Source: Haplodiscus bocki (taxonomy: Eukaryota). Taken from it: DNA of 64,000 bases. The DNA lies in the NCBI GenBank assembly GCA_965655095.1, contig OZ296649.1, positions 83,576,001-83,640,000 on the forward strand, read 5' to 3'. Every line of letters starts with the position of its first letter. Position 1 is the stretch's first letter. The notes beneath the pieces are model-generated. The model made no database searches, had not been told where the DNA came from, and was given only the letters and a program-made list of their open reading frames with translations. Made by a program: the position numbers and the translations under genes. Below are positions 36,802 to 50,736 of this stretch, in pieces.

Positions 36802-38159
36802 GTTAACTTGAAAAAAAATATATCTTCGATTTGGTTTAAGATTCAATGATTGTACTGCCGTCAAGTAAATTCCAACCCAATTGCCGGTTCCATCGATAGA
36901 TAAAGCTGTGCGCAAATCTTCGCAGCCGTGTTTAATTTGCTATAGAAGCATTGGAGCAACTAGTTAGGATATGAGACGCATTATAAGTACACTCGAAAAA
37001 GTTCTGCACACGCAAATGTTTAATGTTTGTGAAATTGTTTCTAAATTGGTAGGTGCTCAACAGTTTTCAGTTGCTCAACAATAAACATCTCGAAGTTATT
37101 TCACACAAATGTTTCGAAAAGCAACCAAAACTTCTTTCATCGCACAAAGTTTACACATCATCATAAGAATTGATGAACAGTACGGCGAAGAACTCAACAA
37201 GCAAACTATTGGAAAATTTTACTGTGACTAATTTGTGAAATGTTTCGACTTCCGAAACAAATGCTCCTTGAAAATTGCGGAAACTGCAACAATTGGAAAA
37301 AGATATGTACAAACCTTATGAACTACACGGACCGAGTACGAGATCTAACTCATACGCAAATTTCTACTTCTATTTCTACTAAATAATCTTGCTCAGCAAC
37401 TTTTCTCAATATGAACGCGGACCAACAAAGTTTGGAGCCGAGCAGGGGGCAAGAACAAGCATGTGCAATTCATGGAATTATTTCTTGTTGTGAAATTTTC
37501 GAAACACTTGTACTTTTTAATATTGAAGGTGGAGATAATATTGGAACGAGGTCATGTCATTTTTCCGAGGCCTGCGAATGTGAATATGATGTAAATCAGC
37601 AACAGTTTGAACGCCATAGGTGTGGTCTTGAGTGGCCAATTATCTTACTTATTGAGTTGTGCGGCCAATCATTTCATCCAAGATCGCTTACGGTATGCAT
37701 TCCGTGTGTCAATCGTTTTCCTCGTTTAGGCCCCCAGAGGACTACGCGGAAGATGTCGAATTTTTAACTATCACAAGAATTCCTTCTTTTGTTTATCGCT
37801 CCTTTGAAGTTATTCGAGTTTTTCGTTCGAATATAATACTACCCTCAGAGCTTCTTCCTCAAATTTTTTTCGAGTTCTATTCACTTTCCAGAAAAAAAGC
37901 CACCGCTTGCCGACTTTGTTGAGTTTTCGAAACTGGCTCTGGGGATGTCATATGGGCAAGAAAATATTTTTGCTTCACTGCTCCTTCAGCTGTGAGGCTG
38001 AAGAAAAAAACACGCCACTATCTATGAGTTGGGCATTTTACTTCATAGAATGAAGACACTAAATACATTGAATTTACAAAAGATTTTTCCGGTACCGTGA
38101 CATCCCCCTCTTGCATAAAGTTCTTCGATACCAGAAACACCCAAAAGCCTCCCCCCTCG

Positions 38160-38380
38160 CGAATGGAATGTCTTTGTGAGACAAAAAGTTATCGATATCT
38201 TTTTAATGATACCCCGCTCTATGGTTTACCGAAATTTTCATGCCCCATAAATGCACAGCACCACTAATTTTCAGAAATACCTTAAGGGCCCCCTCACCAA
38301 TTTTTTCGTTACTGTGAGACAAAGTTTTCGATATTCTTTTTTGATACCGCCCTCTATGGTTTACCGAAATTTTTGCGCTC
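38160..38380 (+). repeat. Degenerate tandem repeat (tgtgagacaaa...ctctatggtttaccgaaatttt, two units)
   Basis: Two ~70-bp near-identical blocks ~140 bp apart; related sequence near 42440-42580. Confidence 0.6.
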
Positions 38381-41300
38381 GACAGATCGGCACCGCAGAC
38401 TAACTACAAATGCACCATGTAGTATAAAAAGGCATTTGCTACTGTTACAATTCCACTTTTCAACAACTGTTTCAAGCTTCAGTCTCGTTATAGATTGTTT
38501 TTTGAATCAAAACTGGGCCTCCTCCCGCCCTGAGGCGCCATGCTTTCATTTGGTAGCCCCAGAATGCGGTTTGTAGCTTTGTGCTTCACTTTTTTAGCTC
38601 CGTCAGGGGCCTATTTTGACAACAAAATTTTCCGCTTTAAGTATTCCTCTGGACACGCAGAATGCAGTTGACAACACCAAATGTTTTGGGAGAAACCTAG
38701 TTATGATTCTAATAATTGAACTTTTCCCCGGCTTTTTCGTTTCGGTTTTTCGTTCTGATTCATAAGAAACCAAGAATAAAAAACTATCTTTGGATCTGAT
38801 TTTGCTGGAACTTCTCGATTATTGATCCCTGCATGCTAAAAGAACCAAAAGTAATTAATTTGCTAGAAGTTGAAACTCACTTTTCTCCAAAACTACTTTC
38901 AAATTTTTCATCAGGGTGTCACTCGACAGCCTCTTTCTCGAAGAGGACATTTCGAAAGAAAAACCTCGAATTTGTTTTTCGCGTCCGCATATTGGCCAGC
39001 ATGAATCGCCAGAAATGAAATTGTTAGTTAATATCGATTTTCAATCCCCTTTGTCAAAAACTTCAAGCTCAAATTTTGCATCATAGGTTCAATCGACATT
39101 AATTTACCTAAGGAGGCCTGTTTAGTAGAAAAATAATTGGTTTTGTTCCTTCCGTCGATATCCTGAAAGTGCAAAACTTGAATAAAGTGTCATTAGTTTT
39201 GAGATATATCGGCATTCATTCATTTCTATCAATAACTTTTGGCTTGACTTTTTTCATCAAAGACTGAATTAGTAGCTTTAATTCTGGAGGAAAATTACAG
39301 ATTGTTTTCCTTCTGTCAAAGTGTCAAAATGCTTTTGATATTGACATATCTTGGCATTCAAGTTCGTACTTCTTCGACACCAACTACTTCACTCATAAGA
39401 AAAAGGCTCTCAACAATTTTTCTCTTGGAGGTAAAATTTTCAAAAAAGACCATCAATTTCTTCTCTGTGTCTGCATCCTGACTGCCGAAAATGCCAAATA
39501 TGATACATATAAAGATCTCGGCTCCCAAAATCAAATTCTTCCACAACTGTCAGTTTGAGTTCCTGCATCCTAAAAGGGACCGTCAACGCTGTTCCTGAGT
39601 AGGACGGTTCAATAAAAAAAACCGGTCGGCTAGCACCGTCAGTTTTTCGCCCATTTACCAAAATTTCAACTGTTGCAAACAGTTCAGAAAACGAGTCTAG
39701 TTTTTGAAAGGTTTTCCACTATCAATTCCACGACTGATTTTCACAATTTCTGGCATTATCGACTTTCTGAAGCAAAGTACTAAGCCTAAGGTCTTTTATC
39801 TTTTGAGAATTTCAAACTATCTTGTGAGATCTTCTTAGTGGAAATCCAGCCAGCACTTCTGGAGAAAATGAGTTTGACTATAAGGAAAAGCCACTAGAAC
39901 TCGCACTTTTCTTTTCAAGCTAAAAGTCTGCTAAGAAAGGGAGCTTTTTTCGGAATTTGTCGAATAATCTTTTGCCAAATGAAAAATGTCCACTGATGAC
40001 TTGCTGGAAGATGTCCCGTCGGTAGTTTAGAGAGATGAGTTGAATCTCGAAAAGAACATCATGCATATGCAAGTTTTGGAATTCTCAGCCAACCATGTTT
40101 CTGGCTGAAATCAAAACGCAAGGTTCACATTTCAAAACAGTTCGACTTTTAAAACTTGCCTTGATGAATAAGTGCAGCCGGTAGCTGTGGGAAAAAATTG
40201 ATTTTAATACAAAGAGTTTGTAAATTTTGGCAATTTAGGCCTATCAAATTATCGAAGAAGGGATAGCAACAAAAGATATGGATTTTGAATATTCTTGTGG
40301 GAAAACACAAATAATGAGTTGGACAGCTGCTTTAAAGGAAACCGAGTTTGAATATCAAGACGAATCCTACCAATAATCAATTTTTGACTAGTTTCGCCCA
40401 TCAGGTCTCCGTTGCATGGAAACAAATGCATTCTTTGACAGTCAAGAAAGTTTTTAGGACTAAAAAAGTCGATTGATACACTACTGGACGAAATGCAGCC
40501 AGTAGTCCGGAGAACAAGAAGTTTGATTCTCAGGAAGAATCAAAAAGTTTTGTATTTCTAATTTTTTTCGGGCCTTAAAGTTTCCGATGCAAGAAGTGTT
40601 TCCCAAAATATTGCGACTGAATGATGCTCTACGTTTGCAAAGTTGGTAATTAGTTCGTCGATGTGAGTAATTCAGTGGATCGTTTTGAAAAGCTCGATTT
40701 TGAAAATCTAGATATTTTATATGGCTATGCAATTATTGGCGCTTTCCGCCTATCAAGCTTGTGTCGCCTGTAACCAAGAGCAAGAAGCTACTTTCCTGTA
40801 TGTTTTTACAACTGATAAAAAAGTCGACTGAAACCTTGATGATTAAAAGGCAGCGAGTTGTTTTCGGGAAAGGCAGTTTTGTTTTTCAGGAAAAATCGGA
40901 CTGATTCCAATTTTAGGCTATATTTGTACATGAAGTTTGAGATTCAATGATTCGTTATCATTGAATGGTGTTCTGCAGATAGAAATGTGGTTTTTGAGAC
41001 CGCAATAAAGTTCTTCTGTTGGCCGGAATCGAGAGAGCTGTTTTGGAAATGAGCCTGTTTATCAAGACAGTTCATACAAAAATGCACTTCTTGACATTTT
41101 TCCGATAGAGTTCACGTTTCGAAGAACCAAGCATACTTTTTGCCGCTCGAGTAGCGTTTCACAGGTACAAAACGTCGACTGACAATGATTGAAGAAACGT
41201 AGCCCGTAATTTTGGCGAAATTTAGGTTTGATTTGCGAGAAATCAATCCTGTGTGCGTTTTCCGGCTAATTCCATCCATAAAGATTCTCATGGACGAAAC

Positions 41301-42825
41301 GGTATCGAAGATTTTGTTGCTGAAAGCTGTTTCGCGAAATAGACACTGTCGGTTGAGACATTGATAGAACTGTTATAGCCAGTTGTATCGAAGAAAACTG
41401 AGTTTGATTACCAAGGTTGATCTTTCGTAAACGCAGTCCTTTCTAATTTCGGTTGCAGCGGTTTCCATTGGAAAAATCAAATAGCAAAAAATTCATGATT
41501 GAACGCCATTTTACAAGGTGACAATAGTCGAGCAGGACGCTGATGGATGAAAATCAGCAGGATGTTTCTGAAATTCAGGTTTGAATTTGGATAACAAAAA
41601 TACTTTTCCGATATTTTTAGCGGAATTGATCCTTGTCTCAAAAGCCAACTTTTAAAACCGAAGTTTTCGATAACGGAGGATCTTATACAGGTGAAAATTG
41701 TCGTTTCGGTCGTTTTGGAAGAAAACGATTTTGAGTTTCGAGAACAATAGTTACCGTTTTTCTTAACCTGGTTTTACTAAGGATTTTACTACCCACATAA
41801 CGTCGTAATCCATCAGAAATGGTCACGAATTGCTTTTTTGGTGTTTCAGGTCGAGATACAAAAACATTATACTGGTACTCGAGGATTCTTTTCAAGGAAA
41901 TCATTCAAATTTCGAACATGGAATTCAATTTATGAAATGAAGATAAAAATTTCGGATAGTTGAAAATTATTGAAAGGTCTGATTTTTGCCAACGTTTCTG
42001 GAATCCAGAGCGTTTAGTTGATTCCTTTATGTGAAAAAGGAATGTCTGCGGAAAACAGAAAAACCCTGAATTATTGCGAAAAACTTGTGTAGGAAAAGAA
42101 TCGAAAATGTACAAAGTTTCAGCAAACATAAAACCAGCTCGTGAGAGAATTGGTGAGTTCTCTGTTGGGGATACCTATTTACGGTGGCGCCGCATGTTTT
42201 TTTGTACCAGAGGCTATTGAATCTGCAACACGAAGTCTTTGACGTTTGCAATTTCTGGAAAAAGTAACGAAAAAACTCCACCAGTCGACGCTGTTCATCT
42301 TTTTTTGCGGATGCTTCGATAAACAATAGGAGGCTATCACAAGAGGTTTCGAGAACTTTCTATCTGCCTTTAAAATTTCAAAGGAGGCGCTTCTGTTCGT
42401 TGTAAGAATTTCTGGTTCAAAAAACTGGGGTATCACGTTTTTCTATAAATTTTTAATGCTGACATGGAAGTTTTTTCTGAGAGAACCATTGAGTATTTCT
42501 GAAAGTTTCTTGCTTCGGAAAACTTCCTGTGTAAAAAAAAGGGGTGTACCACGATTTTTCCTCTCGAGATTTTTCTCACAGTAGCGAATTATTTTGACTG
42601 TTCTTGTAACTGGGGAAAGCACTGAGGATGAAAAGTAGGAAATTCGTTGTGATCTTGAAAACAGTAATAAATGTAATGATGGAAAAATAGTACCTACAAA
42701 ACTCAGCTTTTGATTTCGTGAAGGATTGACTAAAATCGGCGGAAATTCTTAATTTTAATGGGAGTTGAAAAAAACGATCCTGGTGTTTCGGAATTTTATT
42801 TATAAAGTTGAATTTTTTTGTAAAT

Positions 42826-42993
42826 GCTGGGTTTCGAACACGTACATAGCCCATTAGAACCCTTTTGTCCTACCCGCTGAGCCGTGGGAACCATTGGAAG
42901 ATCTGAAAAATATCGGTGGAATCAAAAAATTATGACACGACTGAGATTCGAACCTGGACCTACTGCTTAAGAATCTTTTGTCCCAACACCACT
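42826..42993 (-). repeat. Two adjacent tRNA-derived (SINE-like) segments
   Basis: - strand: AGTGG...GGTTCGAATCTCAG (A/B-box-like) and GGCTCAGCGG...GTTCGAAACCCAG; no complete cloverleaf. Confidence 0.45.
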
Positions 42994-44399
42994 TCTGAGA
43001 CTTATAACTGAAAAAGAGTTGGCAAAAGCCGATCGAAAAGAAGAGAAACGATTGTACGGAACGAATAACTTTTCTGACATTTATGACATTTAGGTGGTGA
43101 GAACTAATAATCGATTTTTCCTTTTTGTCGGTATCCTGATTGTGCTAAAAGCGCCATTTTTTTCGACTTATTTTAATATTCAAATTGAACTTTGGCAAAA
43201 AGTAGTTGCTCCAATTCCATCAAGGTTTCAATCATCAGCGTTTTGCCGGTGGGGGACTATGACAATAAAGATTTCAATGCTTTTGTTCTTTCGGGAGCCT
43301 AGTTCACAGAAAAATGCCAAAAAGCTGCTGATAATAGACTTATCTTGACGTTCAATTTCATATTTCTTCAACGCCAACTGCTTCACTTCCCAAGCGAAAG
43401 CTAGCAACAGCTTTTGTCAGGAAGAAAACTTTTCAAAAGAAGAAGCATATTTTTTTTCTCTGTTGTCGTATCCTGACATGTCAAAACTGTTATTTATGGT
43501 TATAGACCTCGGTTGCCAGAATCATATTTTTCCACAACCAGCACTTCGAATTCTTCCCTCAACAGCTCAATCGTCAGCTCTATGCATGAGGACAGCTTTT
43601 GAATGCATTAATCATGGGCTCTAATCCTTGCATCGAAAATGCGAAAAGTCCTAATTTGATTTCAATTTTGATTTTTCCAGATGTTCAATTTTCTCCATAA
43701 CTATCGGATTGACTTCTTCCGTCCAGGTGTTCATTGATAGCGTTTTATTAGTAGAAAGCTCTTTCATTTGGATTTCTTTGATTTTTTTTACAAGCAGCAG
43801 GTTTTTCATGATCGACGAAAAGTTCAATTGTCATTGTTTTTTGTCGACTTTCAACTCATAGTTTTCTAAAGCTCTCGGTTTGATTTCTTCCAAGAATGTC
43901 GCAATGGACTGTTGCCTATTTAATCGAACAGATTTTCAGAAGTTTTTGCTGTTTGTTTGATCAATCCTTTCTACAACCCTTGACTTAAAATACTGCAGTG
44001 CAACTGCGCCTATTGTATAAATAGTGTTTTTAAAAGGAAATCGCCCTCCTTTGCATTTTCACATTTTAGTTTGCGAGTATTAAACTCTAATTTGTTCTTC
44101 AGTCAGATTTTTTTACTCAATATTTGGCCAGTTTCAACTTTTTCCCGACTTTTCCATATTTTATATTCTTATGAGATTTTATTTGACAATCATTTCAGAG
44201 ATTTTATTTGACAATCATTTCAAAAAAATCAGCCCTTTGATATATTGTGATTTTAAAAAATTTGATGCAAAATCGAGGAAATTTGAATAGTGTCTATCCT
44301 GAAAGTCTCGTCTAATACGTGTAATTTGTAATTCGAAAGGTATTGAAAAGCAAAACAATATCGTCTTAGGCGAGCGGAAGGATGCCTTTTTGCACAAGG

Positions 44400-47300
44400 A
44401 TACGTCAAAATGATTTCGTTTTTTTTCCGTCCGTGACATCCCTCTGCGTTTCATCTTTAAATCTATTTTTCTCGGCAACTATTGGCCAGAATCATCGGAT
44501 TTTTGCGTAAACACTACGGCAGGTTCACGATCTATCATTTTCCGAACTTTCGGCCGCCGAGATTTTTTGTGAGTTATTAGTGATAAATATTTCATTTTTC
44601 GTATTTTTTAGAGGTCAAACGGTTTTTTTTTGAGTCCTGTCTGTACAGTAAGCTTCGAAATGCTAATATTTTAGCCGTAATCGATCGAACACTTTTATTT
44701 CAAGCTGTGTGTTGTTCTAGTTTTTGCCAAAAATTTTTTTCCGGCCAGTTTTCGTCAAAAAAGCTCAATATTTAGAATTCGAAACTGTTTCGACATTCCT
44801 CATTGCCCACTGCGGTCCTCAAATTTGACGCTTTCTTTACAAACGTATTTGGAGGATCCGTTTGCTAATTGCTTAGCTGCATTAGCAACGTCGTACTTGA
44901 CCGGGGCTGGGTTTTTCGCCAGCCAAAAATCCTTCGTCGGCCAGTTTTTGGCGAAAATAATTGAAAACCCAGATTTTTTCACGGGGCAAGTATTACTTTT
45001 TCAGATATCTGTGCCCTAATATGCCGTGTATGGTATCCCAATACTGGTTAGGCGATGGAATATAGAGCTTTAAATGGATGCAGTCTTTATCCGATTACTT
45101 CTTGATTTTTCAGAATTTTTTGAACGAAAATTTTGACTTTTCAAATAAATTTTTGCCTCGAAGTTTAGCGCGTTTAGCATGCCTTTAAGTGATACATATC
45201 ATTTGATATGAGGAACAGTTTGAGCAATGTGTATTTTCAATGAGTTTTTTTGCAAGTTTTGACTGTGAGCGTTTTTTTCTGATGTATTTATTGCCAAAAT
45301 TTGTCAAGAACTGGGTTTCCTCAACCATTGTCGACTCTTCCAAAAACTTTTTATCCATTTTCACAAACAATCAAAGTAGGCCGGGCTTCATGATGTTCAC
45401 TGGTTTGCCTGGAAAAGCAGGTGAGAGCAGTTCAGGTTACGCTCGGTCGTAGATAGGTGATCTGGCCAATGTTGTCTTTGTGTGTAGAACAATTTTTTTC
45501 AATTGTTTTTGCCCTCTGCGATAACTTATTACGACTCTCATCCCCTGGAACTTTGCCTCATGTGTGGTGTGCGTCTACTATTATCCTTCAGCTTCTCCTG
45601 ACTGCCCATGTGAACTCGGGGTTGCGCCAAAAAATCTTTTGGTCGAGTTTTCTGAGAATATTTATCGAGAAAACACGAATTTTTGGGAAGATTTTTGTCT
45701 CCGGTTCGTTGTTTTTTACTTTAATGAACAGTTGTCAACTTTCGGAACCTCGCTGCTCTGAGACAGCATTTTCTAAACAGCGGCTGTCTTCCGCTGACTT
45801 TTGAGCTGACAAAATTTTCTTGCTCAGCTAATTTTCGTTTGAAGTTAGGATAGTTACCTTGAACCTCCGCTGTTATCTCATGGATGTTTTCTGCCTAATC
45901 TCCCCAGATTTCGCTACATGCCCTTTGACATTGCATAGGCATCTGGTCATCGTTGTAGGCAAGAGGTTGAGTACCATCGCGAGCATTTCGCTAAGCACCT
46001 TAGCGCCTGTGTTTTGTTTTTTGTTTTTCAAATATGAAATTTTCAGGTGCTGTTTTAGGTTCGAGGGATTCTGTTTGAGTGAATGATATGGACAATTTTT
46101 CCGTAAACATACAAAAATTTGACAAAATTATGTTAAATATTGTGAAAATTCATTTCAAAAATTGGATTGTAGCGTATTCCAATTCTGATTGAAAAGAAGA
46201 ACGTGTTTTGCAAACTGGCTTTTCTTTTTTTTTTTAGTTTTATCCATAACTTGCTTTTTGTGACATCAGAAACTCTGGCGGTGTATTGGAAAGGAGCAAA
46301 AGCAACCTTTGGCATGTGCCAGGTACATTGTTTGTGCGTTGTAGAAGGTGCTACTCTGGTAAATATTTGGTCTGGAAAAAATCAACAGCGTCCCAAAAAT
46401 CATGTTTCACATAACATTGTTTTGTCAATACTTTTAATGTCTTGTATGTGAAAAACTGTTTGTGTTATGTTGCTCGTCTCCGCGTACTTGACTGTGCAGA
46501 TAATGAACTTTAGGCTGCGAAATAGCAAAAGCTGATGAGACATTATTGACGGATAGAAATTAGTTTTTTTAGGCTTTTGACAGGTACTTGTCTCAAATCA
46601 ATTTTTGAACAAACCTAATGACAGCCTGTGTTTTAATTCCCAAAATGTCAACGAAATCTTCCAGCATGTTTTCTGAAAAGTCTCTCAGGACCTTTGATCT
46701 GTAGTGGCAAGTCAATGTGTTGCGAAGTTCCGCTTCGTTTCTGTCAAATAACTCACAAAAATAAAAACTTGTACACTAGATGGAATTCTGAAAGACTTTG
46801 TTCTCTGTCTGAACTTTTTCGAAATATTTGGCCCGTTGGATTAAACGTATTTGTGAAATTGCTAAGAAGGGTGATTCCTCTTTCATACTACGGTTTTTGC
46901 AAGAACCTGAAAATCACAAGTTATCGTCGAGACAATGATTTTTCAAATTTGCGGCTGTTTTTGTCCTACTTTGTGCTTTTCTCTGATACTGTCAAGATGC
47001 CTGTAGTGTACTAAATAGACTCCCAAATTGGCAACTCCGCAGTGTTTACACTTCCAAACAACACGGTTTGTTTTTAGTAATGACAACCTTCACATTGTAA
47101 TAACGTTGAGAATGATATTCATTCTCAGATATTGTTTATGTTTCTTGAAAGAGTAAAAACTGGGGGGGGGGGGGTGAATAAACGTTCGATTCTCTTCTCG
47201 CAATATTAATTCCAACAAATAAAACATCAACCGAAACACTGAAAATGAACAAAGTTTCCAAGAATTGATAGTTTACTGAAAAAGAAACAAGATGTCCAGC

Positions 47301-49090
47301 TAACACTGCCTTTCAGATAAGAGAATAAACTTTGAGAAGCAGTAATATCCACGAAAATATGTACAAACCCTTATCGAAACTCTTTGATTTTTCTGATTTT
47401 TTTTGCAAAACTTACAAGTTCTGGCAGAAATCTTACACTGGGAAAAAGACTTCCTTATCGGATGATTTCTGCGAAAACTTTCCAAAAATGACGAATTAAA
47501 ATTTTCTAGCGTAAACTGTTGCTTTATCATGCAATTGGAAAATTTGATGTTGAAACAAACCAGAATGCTGATCATTTGTTTTGTTTTCTATAGATGAAAT
47601 GAGAGCGAAAAATAAATAATGAATATAGGTGCATTTTATAGCGATGTCACAAAATCTGCGAAAAAGATGCATCGAAAACATAGGCACCAAGGTGCTCAGC
47701 GAAACGCTTGCGATGGTACTCTAGAGATTAGGCACCGAAGATAAAAAACAATCGAGCTGGAAAAACTTTTAGTTCAAAACTCATTGAAAACCAGTTGCCG
47801 TTTGGCAATTGTATTTTCAGAGCAGCAGGGTGCCAAAAATGACAATCGGGGTTTTAGGTAACATACGAATCAGGGAGAAAAAAATGTCCCAAAAACCGGT
47901 GTTTTTCCGTTAATTTTTCTCAATTTTTCAAACTGAAAGTCGTATTAACACTGAAAGGACACTGAAAAATTTTAAGGGACTACACCTGAGGCTTTGTTAT
48001 CCATATGATGAGAGAGGTACTCAATTATAGCGAAAGGCTGAAGCGATTGGAAAAAAATGCTCTGTATCTAAAGAGTACCTTGGGCAGGCCCCTTGCTACG
48101 AGGAAACACAGCCTCGAAAGCTCTCGAATGATTCTCCAGGCATATCAGTAAGATTTATGGAGCCCAGCTCACTTCTGTTATTTGTACAACGAGATAAAAC
48201 GTCTTTAGAAAAGACTCAAGTCTTAAACTTATTTTTTTTTGACATTTTTCGGCAATAACTTGTTGACAAAAGATCGTTCGGAGTCTAAACTTCGTCAAAA
48301 TGCCACTAATGTACACCTCGTTTATTCTTTTCCTCAACGCATGTGATATGCATCATAATTAGGCACGTTGAATGCGGAAGATACGCCGCCAAAATGTTGT
48401 GAAAAAAATTCGACTAATTACTCTGCAAGTAACGCTTCACTTTCCATCGCTCTGCAGCATTGAGATGGCATGCATGGAATGCTGGGCCACAAAATTGCGG
48501 TAAAATAGGAATTGCCTTCTCAAAAAACATAGCTTTTCAGTTGTTCTCGCTGAGAACTCGCACACAGCTGTCGAAACTTCCGGTCCGGTTTGTTAACGAC
48601 CTTGCAAATGCAACTAAGCAAGAAACGAACGGATCCTACTAATGAATTTGGAGAAATTTCGGCGTCAAAGTTATCAATACACAGTATATCAAAAATCTAT
48701 TTCAAAAATTTCGCGAATTTATTCTCTTTTATCGGCAAAAGCTGGCCTAAAAACTTTTCCTCAATTTATCGAAACCTGCCGCTCAACGGAAAGGTTTTCC
48801 CTCGATTTGTGCATAAATTTTAGTTAGTTAGCTAGTCAAGGTTAATATGAAGGCAGGACTAGAAAGTATAGGCGTTGCCCTCTGAAAAATCCGAAATTTG
48901 ATTTTTTTTCGCTAAGACGTCGCCGAATAAAAATTCGGTTGCCGGAAATTTGGGATATGATGGATCGTGAACCCGTCGTAGTGTTTATCCAAAAGTCAGA
49001 TGAATTCCAGCAAGAAGTGCTGAGAAATGAAGATATAAAGAGATGAAACGCAGAGGGATGTCATAGACGAAAAAAAATCATTTTGACGTT
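44400..49090. mobile_element. Foldback/long-TIR non-autonomous element or two inverted copies of one repeat
   Basis: 44400-44570 is an imperfect inverted copy of 48925-49090 (tgacatccctctgcgtttcatc, taaacactacg..ggttcacgatc); inner inverted pair 45969-46008 / 47682-47721. Confidence 0.6.
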
Positions 49091-50282
49091 TCCTCTTGCG
49101 ATTAGGTTTCGCTGCGCTGGCTCAAAAACATGAAAACGAAGTGCTTTTGGGCTGGGTTGAAATAAATCAGAAAACACGCTGAAGATTGCTGCACGTGATG
49201 AAGGCTTCAGAGCAAGTGTAGCTGATTCCTTGCTAGAACACTTGGTGAAAAGTTACATTTAAAGCCCCTTAAATATTTTTTACGAGCTCCACGAAGTTTT
49301 CGGACCGCTTTTCTGAAAGAGAATTAACCCTTGCACTTTCCATTTTTTCAATAGCCGTCAAGTAACAAAAATTCCCGATGAAATTAGTATGAAGACCGAC
49401 TTTGACGATCTTGCTCTGAAAAACTCCCGAAAAAGGCTGTGATAATTTCCTGACCTGTGATATTCTCTATTAGTGTCGCGAAAGTTAACCATTGTGTGAA
49501 AAAACCAATCAAGCTTTTTCCAGGTTTGAACAGTGGGAAAAAGTGAAAGAAACACGGGTTTTTTGGCTGTTTAGCAAATTTTTCCGCCAAAACTGCACCG
49601 AAAAACTTCCAATAGTTTTTCAATGTAATGGGGCATCAAGAAGGGTTGTTTTCGCAGCGATTCGACTAACATAGGCACCCATTGCATGCGCATGGTACTG
49701 ATGTTAGTCAGTTGCGACGATTTGCCCGATTTTTTTTGGCGTTTTACTTTATTTTCGTTAATAAGTTCTCGGCGAAAAGTTTTCGGAGGCCGAGTTTTTG
49801 AGAAATGGTCAGTTTCAAACTTGCCGTACCCCTGTTCAAGAAACTAGAAAGCTCCAAAAAATTCGCTCTAAGATTTAATTCTTTAATGTCAAGAAACGCG
49901 GAGGGATGTCATTAGAAGTGAGCAAATTGGCAAAATGTGTCGGAAAAAACGACACGAGCCCTTGAATTTTCCTTTCCATATATAAAATATGGAGGCGGAA
50001 AGTAACAATAAGTTGTGGGAATTAAGAAGTGGAACTTGTACCTCTGTAGAGCTCGATGATGAACGCATAATTAATAACGGCGGGAAAGACATTATAAGAG
50101 CGTGGTCGTGTCCTCATTTTTCAAACTTGACAATCTGGGATATGATCGGAAAATCCATTGATGTGGTGTTAAACATTACGCCTACGGGCAAGTCTTGCTC
50201 ACACGCTAGAAAACCTGTATGCACACAAACGGTGCTGTAAGTCCAGAAATCACCCACCGCCGCTGCATGTTAAATACATTTG

Positions 50283-50736
50283 CAACAAGACGTCCGGCTA
50301 CCATGGGCGTATTTTCCGCCTTCCCATTTTTGTAAAGAAGGCGTTTGAGAAGATAAACGTTTTTTTCCGAAAAAACACTCCATCGTATTTTCTAATTTTT
50401 CAAACTTTGAAAGGTTTTCTGATTTTTTGCCAAAAAACCTCATAATTACAGCGGAAAACATTTCAAAAAAATAATACCATTTGATATGCTTTCTACAGCA
50501 AATTTGCCACCTTTAGCGATTTTGAAAAAATTCAAGTTTTCGATAAAACGCATCTATTTTTTCAAAAAACCCCAAATTTTGAACGTTTTGAGAAATTTTA
50601 CTAATTGAGTCGCATTCAACGGCAAATGTGCTACAATTTGGTTAAAAACGAACTTAATTGGCAAACTGGGGTTAAAAAACGTTCTCGTAGAGTGGATGAT
50701 TTTCCTGCCATATCATAAATATGGTGGAAAATAATA
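50283..50736 (+). repeat. ~450-bp MITE-like dispersed repeat (copy 1)
   Basis: aagacg.ccg..tacca start, cattctac.gcaaatttgc cores, gagtggatgattt..., near-terminal inverted tattttccgcc / gg.ggaaaata. Confidence 0.7.

Larger units (their letters stand above)
33443..37456 (+). repeat. Head-to-tail tandem duplication of ~2005 bp (units ~33446-35451 and 35452-37456)
   Basis: Near-identical copies with roughly nine substitutions/indels seen by eye; 3-bp AAC microhomology at the junction. Confidence 0.97.

Noticed and set aside
39350-42430. Possible decayed coding sequence in the PKG intron
   Set aside because: Fragments too degenerate; no motif to support an assignment.
44172-44222. 25-bp direct duplication gagattttatttgacaatcatttca
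   Set aside because: Simple local slippage duplication with no evidence of function.
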